Source of the DNA: an uncultured Candidatus Actinomarina sp.
GTDB lineage: Bacteria > Actinomycetota > Acidimicrobiia > Actinomarinales > Actinomarinaceae
Assembly (NCBI GenBank): GCA_902566515.1
Contig: CACFIX010000001.1
Span: 32,220-96,219, forward strand
DNA length: 64,000 nucleotides
Reading direction: 5' to 3'
This document shows positions 1 to 10,334 of this stretch, piece by piece (the first letter of the stretch is position 1; the number at the start of each line of letters is the position of its first letter). The notes beneath the pieces were generated by a model that saw only the letters and a list, made by a program, of their open reading frames with translations, searched no databases and was not told the DNA's origin. The position numbers and the translations under genes are program-made.

Positions 1-1
1 T

Positions 2-2221
2 GCTAAAGCATTTAATCCGACTCTAAATGTCAGTGCCATGTCAGATGAGCAATTTAAACAACTTTATAATCAAGCTAACAGCCAAATGCCTCCTGAGTTT
101 AAAGCTTTTGCAGCTGCACTTTTATCATCAACTTACAATGAAGATGAGACCACTGCATCAGCTGGCTTAGCAATTGTTACTATAGATAGTTCGATGATTG
201 TTGAAGAGTTTGGTGGTTCAGATGGAGTATTTATTGAACAACCTCGTATGGAAATAGCTCTTTTTGAAGCATTAGCAGAAATTTCAATAGGAGATATTAA
301 AGTCTCTGGTTTTTCTTTTGGGCTTTTACTTGGTAATGAAGGCGATGATTTTCTACAGGAAATTGGTATACTTTTTGGCCAAGCATTCATCATTATTCTT
401 GTTGTTCTAGCATATATATTTTTCATTAGACCAAGGAAAGGTTTTGGTATTCTCAAATCTGGAAGGAGAACATTTAGCGATTTACTTTTAAGCTTAGGTG
501 CAATACTTCTCTCAATAGGCTGGATGCAAGGCGCAGGAACAATACTCGGACCTGGCTATTTAGACATAATTGGAGCACCAAATCAGGTATCTCAAATTGC
601 TCCAATTATTTTGATTGGTCTTGGTGTTGATTATGCTATTCACTTTACTTCAAGATATAGGGAAGAGATTGGTTCAGGTAACTCAATAACTGGATCAACT
701 TCATCAACACTTAAATCTGTTGGTATTGCACTAACACTTGCAACGCTTGCAACAATAGTTGGTTTTCTAACAAACATAGTTTCCCCACTACCTGAATTAA
801 AAGACTTTGGAATATTAGTTTCTACAGGAATATTCTTTGCCTTTTTTCTTGTAATGACTTTTGTACCTGCAATAAGAACTTTATTAGATAAAAGAGCTGA
901 AACAAAAGGAAATATTAGTACCGAGGCTTTTTCATCATCTGGAGAAAGTGTATTAAACAAAATTGCTGCATCTAGTGGAATTATACCTAAGAGACTTAAG
1001 TTGGTAGCTTTAGCGTTGTTAGTAGCTATTTCTGGCTATGGTTATTTCAGTTTTACCAACTTAGAAACAATTTTTGAATTTACAGATTTTCTTCCTGAGG
1101 ATGATCCAGTTGTGCAAACTCTTGATTTATTAACTGAGGAATTTGGTGGTGGATTTGGAGAAACTACTGCAGTCTTAATTGAAGGAGAAAATTTAGCAAC
1201 TCCAGAAATACATAATGCACTTATTGAATCAATTAACAATCTGAGCGATAAGGAAAATATTGTAGTTTATGCTGGAAACGTTGCAGCTGAATCTGTTATT
1301 GGTACAGTCGGACAGTTATTAGCTCCACAAGGAGCAGCTCCTGGAGCACCACCAGCTATGCCAGACATGGAGCTTTTAGGAACACTCGGGTCTTTTGGTG
1401 TTGATTTAATGTCTGGATCTCAAGGTATAGATGCATTGAGAGTTAAAGACTCTGGCGATGTACAAGGACTTTATGAGTATCTTGTAAGTACTGACCCAGA
1501 AGCATTCTTAGCAAGCCTTTATTTTAATGAAGAAAGTACTGTAACTGCGCAACAAGTAAGAATTACAACTTCTGCAGGTTCTTTAGGTGCTGCCCAATTA
1601 AGAGATGATATATATGATGCATTTACGCCATTATCTTCTCTTGGTGTTTCAATTGCGGCTACTAACGATGCAATTGTTACTCAAAGTGTGAGCGATTTAA
1701 TTTCTGAATCACAATTTCAATCACTTATATTTGCAATTTTAGCTTCAATGACTTTCTTAATCCTTTATTACTTGATTGACATTAGAAGACCATTTCTTGG
1801 TGTCATTACAATTCTTCCAGTTGTTGCAATTGTGATGGGTACATATTTAGGTATGTATTTTCTTGATATTCCACTTAATCCTGTTACTTCAACATTGTCA
1901 GGATTAGCTATCGGTATTGGGGTACCTTTTGTAATTCATGTAACTAATAGGTTCAGAGAAACTCTCTTGGTAGCTCCTAATCCAGTTGAGGCAGTTAAAA
2001 CAACTTTAAAGACAACTGGTGGTTCACTGTTTGGCTCAGCATTTACGACTATGGCAGGCTTTGGTATTTTGATGACTTCATCACTAAAACCATTTCAACA
2101 AATGGGACAAGTTGTTGTTGTTGCTTTGGGTTTTGCATTGGTTGCATCAATTCTAATCTTGCCTACATTACTTGTATTTTGGGCAAATTACCACAATAAA
2201 AAAACTGCTAAATCTTTATAA
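2..2221 (+). CDS. RND/MMPL-family membrane transporter (5'-truncated by window edge)
   Basis: Frame open from window start; two TM bundles with GLGVDYAIH and GIGVPFVIH motifs separated by a large extracytoplasmic domain. Confidence 0.85.
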   Translation, partial: AKAFNPTLNVSAMSDEQFKQLYNQANSQMPPEFKAFAAALLSSTYNEDETTASAGLAIVTIDSSMIVEEFGGSDGVFIEQPRMEIALFEALAEISIGDIKVSGFSFGLLLGNEGDDFLQEIGILFGQAFIIILVVLAYIFFIRPRKGFGILKSGRRTFSDLLLSLGAILLSIGWMQGAGTILGPGYLDIIGAPNQVSQIAPIILIGLGVDYAIHFTSRYREEIGSGNSITGSTSSTLKSVGIALTLATLATIVGFLTNIVSPLPELKDFGILVSTGIFFAFFLVMTFVPAIRTLLDKRAETKGNISTEAFSSSGESVLNKIAASSGIIPKRLKLVALALLVAISGYGYFSFTNLETIFEFTDFLPEDDPVVQTLDLLTEEFGGGFGETTAVLIEGENLATPEIHNALIESINNLSDKENIVVYAGNVAAESVIGTVGQLLAPQGAAPGAPPAMPDMELLGTLGSFGVDLMSGSQGIDALRVKDSGDVQGLYEYLVSTDPEAFLASLYFNEESTVTAQQVRITTSAGSLGAAQLRDDIYDAFTPLSSLGVSIAATNDAIVTQSVSDLISESQFQSLIFAILASMTFLILYYLIDIRRPFLGVITILPVVAIVMGTYLGMYFLDIPLNPVTSTLSGLAIGIGVPFVIHVTNRFRETLLVAPNPVEAVKTTLKTTGGSLFGSAFTTMAGFGILMTSSLKPFQQMGQVVVVALGFALVASILILPTLLVFWANYHNKKTAKSL

Positions 2222-2243
2222 ATTTATTATTACTATTAATTAA

Positions 2244-3014
2244 GTGAATGTTGGTAAATTACTAGAAACTGTAAATTCATTAGTTCCTCTTAATTATGCT
2301 TTTGATGATGATTTTGTAGGGTTAACTGTTGGTTCAGAAGATTCAGAAGTAAAAGGAGTAGCTGTTGCTCATGAATTAGAAAACTCTATTTTAGATTATT
2401 CAACTAACAACAACATCAACACTTTAATTACCTACCACCCACCTCCACTTAAAAAAATTTTAAAAGATGATGGCACTGATATTTTTGAAGATGACCTGTT
2501 AACAGCGAAATGTAGAGAGTCAGGATTAAATATTATTACCATCCATACTGCACAAGACGTTTGTAATGGTGGAAATGCAGACTCATTAGTTGATTTATTC
2601 GGTATTACAGACACTAAAGTTTTTGCTCATACTGTTGGAAAATTTGGAGCTGGCCGTTATGGAAATATAACTAAAACATCAAACAGTAAACTTAAAGCAA
2701 TTGTTGAATCGAAACTTAATACAAAAATTTTAAGAACAAACGAATATTTCCAGGAAATTAAGGAGATAAATACAATCGCAATCTTACCTGGATCAGGTAC
2801 CCAATTTATAGAAGAAATTATATCTAAAGTCGATGTTTTCATTACTGGTGATATTTCTCACAGATATCTATTAAAAGGCGACGAAACACATTTAGGATTA
2901 ATTCAAGTTAATCACTTATCAACTGAAATTCCGGGAATGACAAGATTCGTTAACAATTTAAGTAATCAGTTAGGAACACAGCTCGAGTATTTTTATAATA
3001 AGTATTATGAATGA
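2244..3014 (+). CDS. Nif3-like dinuclear metal protein (GTP cyclohydrolase 1 type 2 homolog)
   Basis: DxVGL, YHP, HTAQD, PGSG, ITGD and HxxTE motifs; conserved neighbour of the zinc-ribbon and RNase HI genes. Confidence 0.85.
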   Translation: MNVGKLLETVNSLVPLNYAFDDDFVGLTVGSEDSEVKGVAVAHELENSILDYSTNNNINTLITYHPPPLKKILKDDGTDIFEDDLLTAKCRESGLNIITIHTAQDVCNGGNADSLVDLFGITDTKVFAHTVGKFGAGRYGNITKTSNSKLKAIVESKLNTKILRTNEYFQEIKEINTIAILPGSGTQFIEEIISKVDVFITGDISHRYLLKGDETHLGLIQVNHLSTEIPGMTRFVNNLSNQLGTQLEYFYNKYYE

Positions 3015-3714
3015 ACCTTTTTTGTTGAGTAATTTGATTGATTTACAAAATTTAGATAACGAAATATTTAAATTAATTGCAGAAAAGTCCAAAGGAGATA
3101 GTGTAAATATATTAAAAAATTTAGAAAAAAAATATAATGAAAGCACTTCGCTTTTAAACAAAAAGAAAGAAGACCTTACCAGTTATTTTGAAGAAAAAAA
3201 GAGAATTGAAAAGCAAATATTAGAAAACGAAAACAAATTAAAAAATATTTTAGAAAAACTTCAAAATCCTAAACTTGATGCTGGGGAACTGCAAAATTTT
3301 AATTTACAAAAGTCAAATGTTGAAAAAAATGTGAATGATTTAAGTCAATCACTTGAAAAACTAGATGAATTAAATTCGGAGGATCTGATAGATTATTCAA
3401 AAATAGAAGAATCATTGGAGGAATTAAAACCCGAATTAATTGAATATTCTAAAAAAATACAATCTGAATGGAAAGATTTAGATGTGAAAATAAACGACCT
3501 CGAAATTAGCAAATCAAAATTACTCAATTCTTTTCCAGAAGATATTGTAAAACTTTACGATCAATTAAAGCATAATGGTGTAGAGATAATTGCTGCATAT
3601 AAAAATGAGGATCAGTGTGGTTGTTGCGGAGTTAGTTTAACATCAAGTGAGTTAGATAAAATCGTTGATTCTAAATATAATCAGTGCCCATATTGTCAGG
3701 GTGTGGTTATTTAA
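3007..3714 (+). CDS. Coiled-coil protein with C-terminal C4 zinc ribbon (DUF164/CT398-like)
   Basis: LQNLD N-terminus, long coiled coil, CGCC...CPYC. Confidence 0.85.
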   Translation: MNEPFLLSNLIDLQNLDNEIFKLIAEKSKGDSVNILKNLEKKYNESTSLLNKKKEDLTSYFEEKKRIEKQILENENKLKNILEKLQNPKLDAGELQNFNLQKSNVEKNVNDLSQSLEKLDELNSEDLIDYSKIEESLEELKPELIEYSKKIQSEWKDLDVKINDLEISKSKLLNSFPEDIVKLYDQLKHNGVEIIAAYKNEDQCGCCGVSLTSSELDKIVDSKYNQCPYCQGVVI

Positions 3715-4106
3715 TGTATGAAATATATTGTGATGGAGCTTCTCGCTCTAATCCTGGTGATGCTTCTATTGGAGTATCTATTAACAAAGATAAAGTGGAA
3801 ATTGATACTATTAAAAAAAAGATTGGAATTAACACTAATAATGTAGCTGAGTATTTAGGATTAATTGCTGCCTTAGAGTATTGTGTTGAAAACAAAGTAA
3901 ATAATGTAAGAATATTTTTAGATTCCTTATTAGTGGTTCAGCAAGTAAACATGGAATATAAAGTTAAATCAAAAAAATTACAAACTCACTATGAAAAAAG
4001 CCTTAAGTTAATAGATCAAATTGAAGATATTGAAATTCATCATATTAGAAGAGAATTCAACTCAAGAGCAGATCAGCTAGCAAATGAAGCCTTAGACGAA
4101 ATATGA
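3714..4106 (+). CDS. rnhA: Ribonuclease HI (stand-alone)
   Basis: DGASRSNPG, TNNVAEY, LDSLLVV, NSRADQLAN; ATG at 3714 overlaps the upstream TAA (TAATG). Confidence 0.92.
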   Translation: MYEIYCDGASRSNPGDASIGVSINKDKVEIDTIKKKIGINTNNVAEYLGLIAALEYCVENKVNNVRIFLDSLLVVQQVNMEYKVKSKKLQTHYEKSLKLIDQIEDIEIHHIRREFNSRADQLANEALDEI

Positions 4107-4567
4107 TAATCTGGACATCAAGTATTTCTATATTTCTTTTTCGTTATATCTTTAAGGATTATGCAGCCGATTTAAGATTTATAATCATAGGAAGTTTATA
4201 TCCCTTGATACTTGATTCATTAAGTTATAACTTTGGAATTTCTAATAAAACTAAATTTTTAGGCCATAGCTTACTGTTTAATGTTTCTTTGTTTTTCTTA
4301 ATAATGATTATTACTAAACGTGGTTCAAAAATTAGAAGTAACGCTTTATTGTTTTCAATTGGTGCCTTTTTATACTTAGTTCTTAGTTTTACATGGACAA
4401 ATCAGAGTATTTTCTTATATCCTTTTTTTGAAAATGAACAAAATTTTATCGTTTTGTCATCACAGATTGAAATAGTTTTAAATTTAATAGGCATCTTATA
4501 TTTAATTATTAAATTTAAAAATTTTGGAAATTTGAAATTGTTTTTAAAAAATGGAAAATTACTTTGA
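4103..4567 (+). CDS. Membrane protein, possibly YdjM-like metal-dependent hydrolase family
   Basis: Hydrophobic; GSLYPLILD and GHSLLF resemble the family motifs; ATGA overlap with rnhA. Confidence 0.45.
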   Translation: MIIWTSSISIFLFRYIFKDYAADLRFIIIGSLYPLILDSLSYNFGISNKTKFLGHSLLFNVSLFFLIMIITKRGSKIRSNALLFSIGAFLYLVLSFTWTNQSIFLYPFFENEQNFIVLSSQIEIVLNLIGILYLIIKFKNFGNLKLFLKNGKLL

Positions 4568-5299
4568 TGTAAAAAACATATTTATTGAAACAAAAATTAA
4601 GAATATACCAAAACTAATATTTAAGATACTTTCAGAAATATTAAAAACAACATTACCACCAATTACAGACCCAGTGACACCAAAAATTCCAACATAAAGA
4701 CCGTTTTTAAAAGAATCTTTATTTTTACGGATTTTTGTAATAGTAGCTGTTAATGCTGTAGGAACTGTAGTAATTAAAGAAATACCTTGAGCAATAATTT
4801 GTTCAAAACCTCCAAGTAGGATTAACATTGGAATTCTTATTATCCCTCCGCCTATTCCAAGCAATCCCGATCCAATTCCAGATACAAATCCAACTAAAAA
4901 ATAAAGAAATAAGTTGTTTTCATATATTGCATTAACTGATGTTGAGAAAATCATTCTGTAAGCTGTTGCAATAAGTAATAAAGAAAAAATTCTTACTAAA
5001 ACTTTTGTATTTATTCTAGGAGTTAACTTACTCCCTAAATATCCACCAACAATCCCACCAGAAATTATCACAAGGGTTGCAAGTATAAGATTTGAACCTT
5101 TATTAAAGTCATTAAAAATGTAAGTTAAACTGCTCGCTGAAGCAACAAAGACGACCGCAAGTGAAGAAATTCCTGTATTAGTTTTAAAATCTATTTTTGT
5201 TAGATATGTCAATAGTGGGACAAAAATTACACCTCCACCTACTCCAAGAAGACCAGACAACATGCCTCCGGTAAAACCAATTATTAAATAAGTTAACAA
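4559..5299 (-). CDS. Sulfite exporter TauE/SafE family membrane protein
   Basis: Duplicated GLLGVGGG / GLLGIGGG motifs, about 8 TM segments. Confidence 0.9.
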   Translation of the reverse strand: MLTYLIIGFTGGMLSGLLGVGGGVIFVPLLTYLTKIDFKTNTGISSLAVVFVASASSLTYIFNDFNKGSNLILATLVIISGGIVGGYLGSKLTPRINTKVLVRIFSLLLIATAYRMIFSTSVNAIYENNLFLYFLVGFVSGIGSGLLGIGGGIIRIPMLILLGGFEQIIAQGISLITTVPTALTATITKIRKNKDSFKNGLYVGIFGVTGSVIGGNVVFNISESILNISFGIFLIFVSINMFFTSK

Positions 5300-5300
5300 T

Positions 5301-6281
5301 TTATTTACGCAGTTTGGGTAAAAGTTCTTTACCTAATAACCTTATTGTTTCTTCTTGGTTTATTGAAGAGATTTGAATTGTTACAATCTCTGAGTCGAAT
5401 TCATTAACTAACGGCTTATAAATTTCATACAGTTCATCTATCGTTGAAGCTTTTGAAAATTTACCCATGATTTCTTCTTTAGGAAAACTATCTGCTTCAA
5501 GCCTCAAAGCTTCTGGATCTAGTTGTTGAAGCCTGCTGGGTGCACGTAAACCTCTCCATGATCTTAATGCAGTCCACGCATCATCATCATTCTCTGCAAA
5601 CATTGTCCATCTATATGTATGAACTGATAGGTTGTCTTTTTTTAACTCTGATGTTTTTTCTTTAGCCGGATCTATAACTTTTTCATAAGAATCCTTAGGA
5701 TCTTTGACGCTAATCATAAGCCCATCCGCATATTCAGCAGCCACTTGAGCTGATTTAGGACCGCCGGCAGCTAACCATATCGGTATATGTTTTAATGGTG
5801 GAGAGTATAACTTTGCTTTTTCAGTTTTATAATATTCTCCATTGAAAGAAAGTTTTTCACCATTGAGAAGTCTTCTAATAATTGTTAACGATTCAATTAG
5901 TCTGTTTTTTCTTTCTTCGTATTTAGGAAAGTCATATCCAAGAGGGCCCTCATTTATATTTTCTCCAGTGCCAACTCCTAAATGAAAAGTTGAAGACGAT
6001 AGTCTATCAACAGTTGCCGCTGCCTGCGCTACTACTCCAGGATGCATTCTCCAAAGTGGAGTTGTAACACCTGTACCAAGGTCTAAATCAGGAATTTTGT
6101 TAGCAAGAGCACCTAAAGTTGACCATGTAAAATTTGATGCAGAATAATCATCAACCCATGGGTGAAAATGCTCTGAAATTGTTAACATTTCAAATCCTGC
6201 TTCTTTAGCTATTTCAGCATGTTTAATTAAATCTTCTGGTTGCCATTGTTCTGATCCTAAGAAGTATGAAAATTTTGTCAT
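5301..6281 (-). CDS. LLM-class F420-dependent oxidoreductase (G6PDH/TIGR03557-like)
   Basis: SEHFHPW, GTGVTTP, AQAAAT, GVGTGENINE and AAGGPKSA motifs. Confidence 0.88.
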   Translation of the reverse strand: MTKFSYFLGSEQWQPEDLIKHAEIAKEAGFEMLTISEHFHPWVDDYSASNFTWSTLGALANKIPDLDLGTGVTTPLWRMHPGVVAQAAATVDRLSSSTFHLGVGTGENINEGPLGYDFPKYEERKNRLIESLTIIRRLLNGEKLSFNGEYYKTEKAKLYSPPLKHIPIWLAAGGPKSAQVAAEYADGLMISVKDPKDSYEKVIDPAKEKTSELKKDNLSVHTYRWTMFAENDDDAWTALRSWRGLRAPSRLQQLDPEALRLEADSFPKEEIMGKFSKASTIDELYEIYKPLVNEFDSEIVTIQISSINQEETIRLLGKELLPKLRK

Positions 6282-6313
6282 GAAACAATAATAGTTTGAT
6301 ATTTTTTTTAGGT

Positions 6314-6336
6314 GGGTGCCTCATAAAGAGGCACCC
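6314..6336 (-). terminator. GC-rich 9-bp hairpin just downstream of rnpB (terminator or processing hairpin, no U-tail on the rnpB strand)
   Basis: GGGTGCCTC-ataaa-GAGGCACCC perfect inverted repeat. Confidence 0.55.
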
Positions 6337-6342
6337 GAGTTT

Positions 6343-6672
6343 TGTGAAACTATAAGCCGGATTCTGTATACGCAATGCGCATGATAATCATCCATCTTGT
6401 ATATTTGTTACCAAATATATCTAGCTACTTACCCGCAATTATTAACCGAGCAGATTAATTGCTTCTTAGTATTGCTCCTAGAGGGGTTTGCAAGCTAGTT
6501 TAATTACTTAAACTACTGGTGGTCTCTTACACCACCTTTTCACCCTTACTTGCGTTAACAAGCGGTATATTTTCTGTTGCACTTTCCGTCAATTACTTGC
6601 CTGGGAGTTACCCAGCTCTATGCTCTACGGAGTCCGGACTTTCCTCGATAAATCGCGATTATCCATCTCACA
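6343..6672 (-). ncRNA. rnpB: RNase P RNA, bacterial type A (about 330 nt)
   Basis: Minus strand has GAGGAAAGUCCGGACUC, AGUGCAACAGAAA, GGGUGAAAAGGUGGUGUAAGAGACCACC and ACAGAAUCCGGCUUA; the ends UGUGAGAU/GUUUCACA pair as P1; TAAAAT -10 at 6679-6684. Confidence 0.97.
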
Positions 6673-6694
6673 CTTCTTATTTTAATTGCATATA

Positions 6695-7177
6695 TCATTC
6701 ATTTGAATAAGAATTTATTATTTCTTCTAAATCACTCAAAGAAAGAGGACCAATATATTTTTTTACTATTTTATTATTTAAAATTATATGCGTTTCAGGA
6801 ACACCAAAAACCCCTGAATAGATAGCCAGCTTGCTTTCAGTATCGATTGCGTAAATTATATCTCCTCTTCCGTATTCATTAAGAAAATCTATTGAGTTCT
6901 CAATAGAATCTTGGAAAGATACAAGTATAACTTTATCAGTCAAGCCTCTTGTCTTTGATAATTCAATTAAGTATTGATGTTCTTCAATACATTCAAGGCA
7001 CCATGATGCCCAATAATTAATTATCACATAGCTTGATGTATCAATTATTAAACTTTCATTTGTTTCAAGTGTTATAAGATTGTTAAAAATACTTTGATCA
7101 ATTTCAATCTTCGAATCTTCAGTATCTACGGAGCATGAGATAATTAAAAAAAGTAATAAAACAAATCTAACTTTCAT
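6695..7177 (-). CDS. ccmG: Thiol-disulfide oxidoreductase CcmG/DsbE (TlpA family), probable lipoprotein
   Basis: WASWCLEC, GVPET; lipobox-like IISC after ATG 7177; last gene of the ccm operon. Confidence 0.82.
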   Translation of the reverse strand: MKVRFVLLLFLIISCSVDTEDSKIEIDQSIFNNLITLETNESLIIDTSSYVIINYWASWCLECIEEHQYLIELSKTRGLTDKVILVSFQDSIENSIDFLNEYGRGDIIYAIDTESKLAIYSGVFGVPETHIILNNKIVKKYIGPLSLSDLEEIINSYSNE

Positions 7178-7703
7178 AAATTTCCAAAATCTCTTCAATA
7201 ATTGACATATCTTCTTCCGACAATGAAGGATTATTACGTAATGAGTTCAAAATAAGTATTCCCTCATCTCTTGTATCTGTTTGTTGAATTAAAATTATTC
7301 CTTTATAAGTTTCAGCTAATAATGACTTTGGGGATATTCTTAGTGCTTCATTTATATAATTTAAAGATGTATTTATATCTCCAGACTCATATACCATCCA
7401 ACCAATTTGAGATAATGACAGACTTTTTAAATCTATGTCATTAGAATTTTCAGCAACATACATGAAGTGAGGTAAGGCACTCGAATAATCAAACGCTTCA
7501 AAATACCTATTAGCTAGTGCTATTCTCATAGGCATTATGTCGGGATTCAGTTCAATTACTTTTTCCATTTCTTGATTTGAAACTTCATCCAAGTTTGTAG
7601 ATCGATTTGATGAATTCTCAGTATTGTTTTGTAGATTAACAAATAGAAAAATTGGAAATAAAATAATAAAAATTGATGAATAAAACCATTTATTTTTTAA
7701 CAT
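7167..7703 (-). CDS. Membrane-anchored TPR protein (CcmI/CycH-like)
   Basis: N-terminal TM and TPR-like helices; lies between ccmH and ccmG. Confidence 0.6.
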   Translation of the reverse strand: MLKNKWFYSSIFIILFPIFLFVNLQNNTENSSNRSTNLDEVSNQEMEKVIELNPDIMPMRIALANRYFEAFDYSSALPHFMYVAENSNDIDLKSLSLSQIGWMVYESGDINTSLNYINEALRISPKSLLAETYKGIILIQQTDTRDEGILILNSLRNNPSLSEEDMSIIEEILEIYES

Positions 7704-8049
7704 ATAATTTCCTCAAAAAAATGTACATGAATATCAAAACTAAAAATAATGGAATCAAAACAATTTCATAATTTCTTTCAATAGGATTTGTAATTATTTT
7801 CTCACCATATCTAGTGACCCAAAACTTATAAATATCATTATCTGTCATATTGTTGTTTATTTGTTCTTGAAGAATAGTTCTCATGTCGTCTGCATATTCA
7901 GAAGGAGAATCATAAATAGTCTCACCTTGACATACAGGGCATAATAAGGACTTACTCCATTCATCAAATCTTGATTCATCATCTGGAAGAAATAATGGAA
8001 CTAATAACAAAATAGATATTAGAGCAAATGTTAAGTACTTTTTATACAC
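7690..8049 (-). CDS. ccmH: Cytochrome c biogenesis protein CcmH
   Basis: LLCPVCQGETIYDS, RYG motif, C-terminal TM. Confidence 0.88.
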   Translation of the reverse strand: MYKKYLTFALISILLLVPLFLPDDESRFDEWSKSLLCPVCQGETIYDSPSEYADDMRTILQEQINNNMTDNDIYKFWVTRYGEKIITNPIERNYEIVLIPLFLVLIFMYIFLRKLYVKK

Positions 8050-9931
8050 GTTTTTTTAACCTTGGAATAAATGAAATCGAGGATATAAATAAACCAATCC
8101 ACATAATTAAAATACCGTAGTTGTTCCTAACTATTAATTTATAACTATCTTCATCTATAAATTTTACAGTTATATAGATATCGTTAACCAATGATCTAAA
8201 TACAGCAGGAGAACTAATAGCTTGTTGTGAAGAATTTCTAAATATATTTAGAGAAGTATATTTTGTAGTAATCTCATTTGATATTGGGAGTTTGATAATT
8301 GTTTTTTCTGGTTTATTTTCTTCTATAGAGTCATATACGAAAAAAGATGTGTTATTAAATTCAAATTCTTGAAAAGAATTGATTTCCTTTTCAGTTGAGT
8401 AGCTTTGTGTTACATTTAAAATAATACCAAGTGCGAAGACAGCTATACCCAAATGAGCTATTTGTCCTGTCCAGTATGTTTTATTAGTGTTTGTAATTCT
8501 TATTCTTTTAACCATATTTTTAATTGTTAAAAGAATAAGAATTACAGATGCAGCAACGGTAACTACTAAAAAATAGCTATTGTTCAAATTTATTAAGAAA
8601 AATATAGCTATTACTAGTGATAAATTTAGTAAATTAGAGTTTTCAGTAAACCAAGAATTTAAATTTATATTTTTTACTGTAAGCTTTATAGAGAAAATCA
8701 TTAGGCCTAGTAAAACTAATAACATTGGGCCGACGAGTATATCGTAATAAGCTCTACCAATAGTAATTTGTCTGTCATAGATGGTTTCATAAAATAATGG
8801 GAATATTGTTCCAATAAATATTACTAAAGCTGAAGAAAACAAGATGATATTATTCAAAACAAAAAAACCTGACTTTCCAAACCAATTAGTAATTTTTTTA
8901 GAATCAGAAAAGTATTCAATATTCTTTGAACCAATAAATATAAATATCAAACTAAAAATCGTAAGACCAAATAATAGATAAGTACCGATATTTCCATTTG
9001 AAAAAGCATGAACTGATATTAAAACACCAGATCTTGTAACAAATGTTCCAAAAATTGTAGAAAGAAACATTAGTCCAACGAGTATGTAGTTCCAATTTAA
9101 TAATGTATTGCTAGATTTTTGAATTTTTGACGAGTGTAAAAATGCAGTTGCAAGCAGCCATGGGATAAATGATACGTTCTCAACAGGATCCCAAGCCCAG
9201 TAACCGCCCCAACCTAGAACTTCATATGACCATGCTGCGCCCAAAGTTATACCAATTGTTAAGAATAACCAAGGAACATAGGTTGTTCTTTCAGCTACCT
9301 CAATCCAGTCATCTGATTGGTCTCTTTTGAACAATCGACTAGTAGCGGCAACAAAAGGAAGCGTCATACCTACATAACCTATATAAAGCATTGGAGGGTG
9401 AATGGCCATCAAGGGGTGATTTTGTAATAAAGGATTTGGTCCTCTTCCTAAATCACTCATAAGGGTATTTTGAAATGGAATTAAGGTTGATTTGTTGCAA
9501 CCAACTATTGCTAATTCAATACATCCCGCAAAAGGAGAGGAACTGAAAACTGTATAACCAACAAAAAATATAGTTATAAATGAAAATATTTTTATGTCTA
9601 GGTTTGAATTTTCAATTTTATAGTACTTTAGATAAAAAAACATAAATATGCTCAAACACAAATTCCACAATAAAATTGAACCATCAAGAGAACCCCACAA
9701 GGATGCAAACTTATAAAGCGGGGGAGTAGAAACTGCTGAGTAATTGGCAATATAGGACACAGAAAAGTCATTTAAGAACAAGCCTATTTCCAATAAGCAA
9801 AATAAGAAAATTTGTAAAAATAGATTTATTCGAACAAGCAAATGAACTCTATATTTGCTTTCAGTAAAAAACAGATATATTAAAACCGAAAAGCTTAACC
9901 AACTAATTAAAATACCAAGATTGTATATCAT
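8042..9931 (-). CDS. ccmF: Cytochrome c heme lyase CcmF
   Basis: LWGSLDGS, NPLLQ..HPP, WGGYWAWDPVEN, SVHAF. Confidence 0.96.
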   Translation of the reverse strand: MIYNLGILISWLSFSVLIYLFFTESKYRVHLLVRINLFLQIFLFCLLEIGLFLNDFSVSYIANYSAVSTPPLYKFASLWGSLDGSILLWNLCLSIFMFFYLKYYKIENSNLDIKIFSFITIFFVGYTVFSSSPFAGCIELAIVGCNKSTLIPFQNTLMSDLGRGPNPLLQNHPLMAIHPPMLYIGYVGMTLPFVAATSRLFKRDQSDDWIEVAERTTYVPWLFLTIGITLGAAWSYEVLGWGGYWAWDPVENVSFIPWLLATAFLHSSKIQKSSNTLLNWNYILVGLMFLSTIFGTFVTRSGVLISVHAFSNGNIGTYLLFGLTIFSLIFIFIGSKNIEYFSDSKKITNWFGKSGFFVLNNIILFSSALVIFIGTIFPLFYETIYDRQITIGRAYYDILVGPMLLVLLGLMIFSIKLTVKNINLNSWFTENSNLLNLSLVIAIFFLINLNNSYFLVVTVAASVILILLTIKNMVKRIRITNTNKTYWTGQIAHLGIAVFALGIILNVTQSYSTEKEINSFQEFEFNNTSFFVYDSIEENKPEKTIIKLPISNEITTKYTSLNIFRNSSQQAISSPAVFRSLVNDIYITVKFIDEDSYKLIVRNNYGILIMWIGLFISSISFIPRLKKRV

Positions 9932-10329
9932 TTTGAGTAATTTTCTACATTATATGTTTCGCCATCGCTTGAAACATACTCATTATCATGCTTAACTAAC
10001 ATGTCGTCAGCAAGGAATAACTTATCATCAAATACTCCATCAAGAATTACACCCATATTTTCCTGAAAAAGTTCAGGAACAAATCCATCAAATACAATAT
10101 CAATATCTTTATTCCCATCAGTTATTGTAAAAAGTGTAAATTCTCCATCTTTAGTGACAGAATCTTCTACAACAAATCCTCCAAGTTTTATTCTCTCTTC
10201 ATTTGATATTTCTATTCCCAAAGTCTCTGAGGTCGTGTAATAGTAAATAGTATTTCTAGATGCAATTACAGAACTTGCATAAATAATCAAGCCAATGCCC
10301 AGTAGGACAATTAATAGATTTTTTTTCAC
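9928..10329 (-). CDS. ccmE: Heme chaperone CcmE
   Basis: IKLGGFV, PELFQE, KHDNEY (HxxxY heme-binding motif). Confidence 0.92.
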   Translation of the reverse strand: MKKNLLIVLLGIGLIIYASSVIASRNTIYYYTTSETLGIEISNEERIKLGGFVVEDSVTKDGEFTLFTITDGNKDIDIVFDGFVPELFQENMGVILDGVFDDKLFLADDMLVKHDNEYVSSDGETYNVENYSK

Positions 10330-10334
10330 TTTAC

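Noticed and set aside
1322..1365. PQGAAPGAPPAMP low-complexity stretch in the RND transporter
   Set aside because: Ordinary flexible linker, not a DNA repeat
6519..6710. 63-aa plus-strand ORF
   Set aside because: Antisense to the RNase P RNA gene; no protein features
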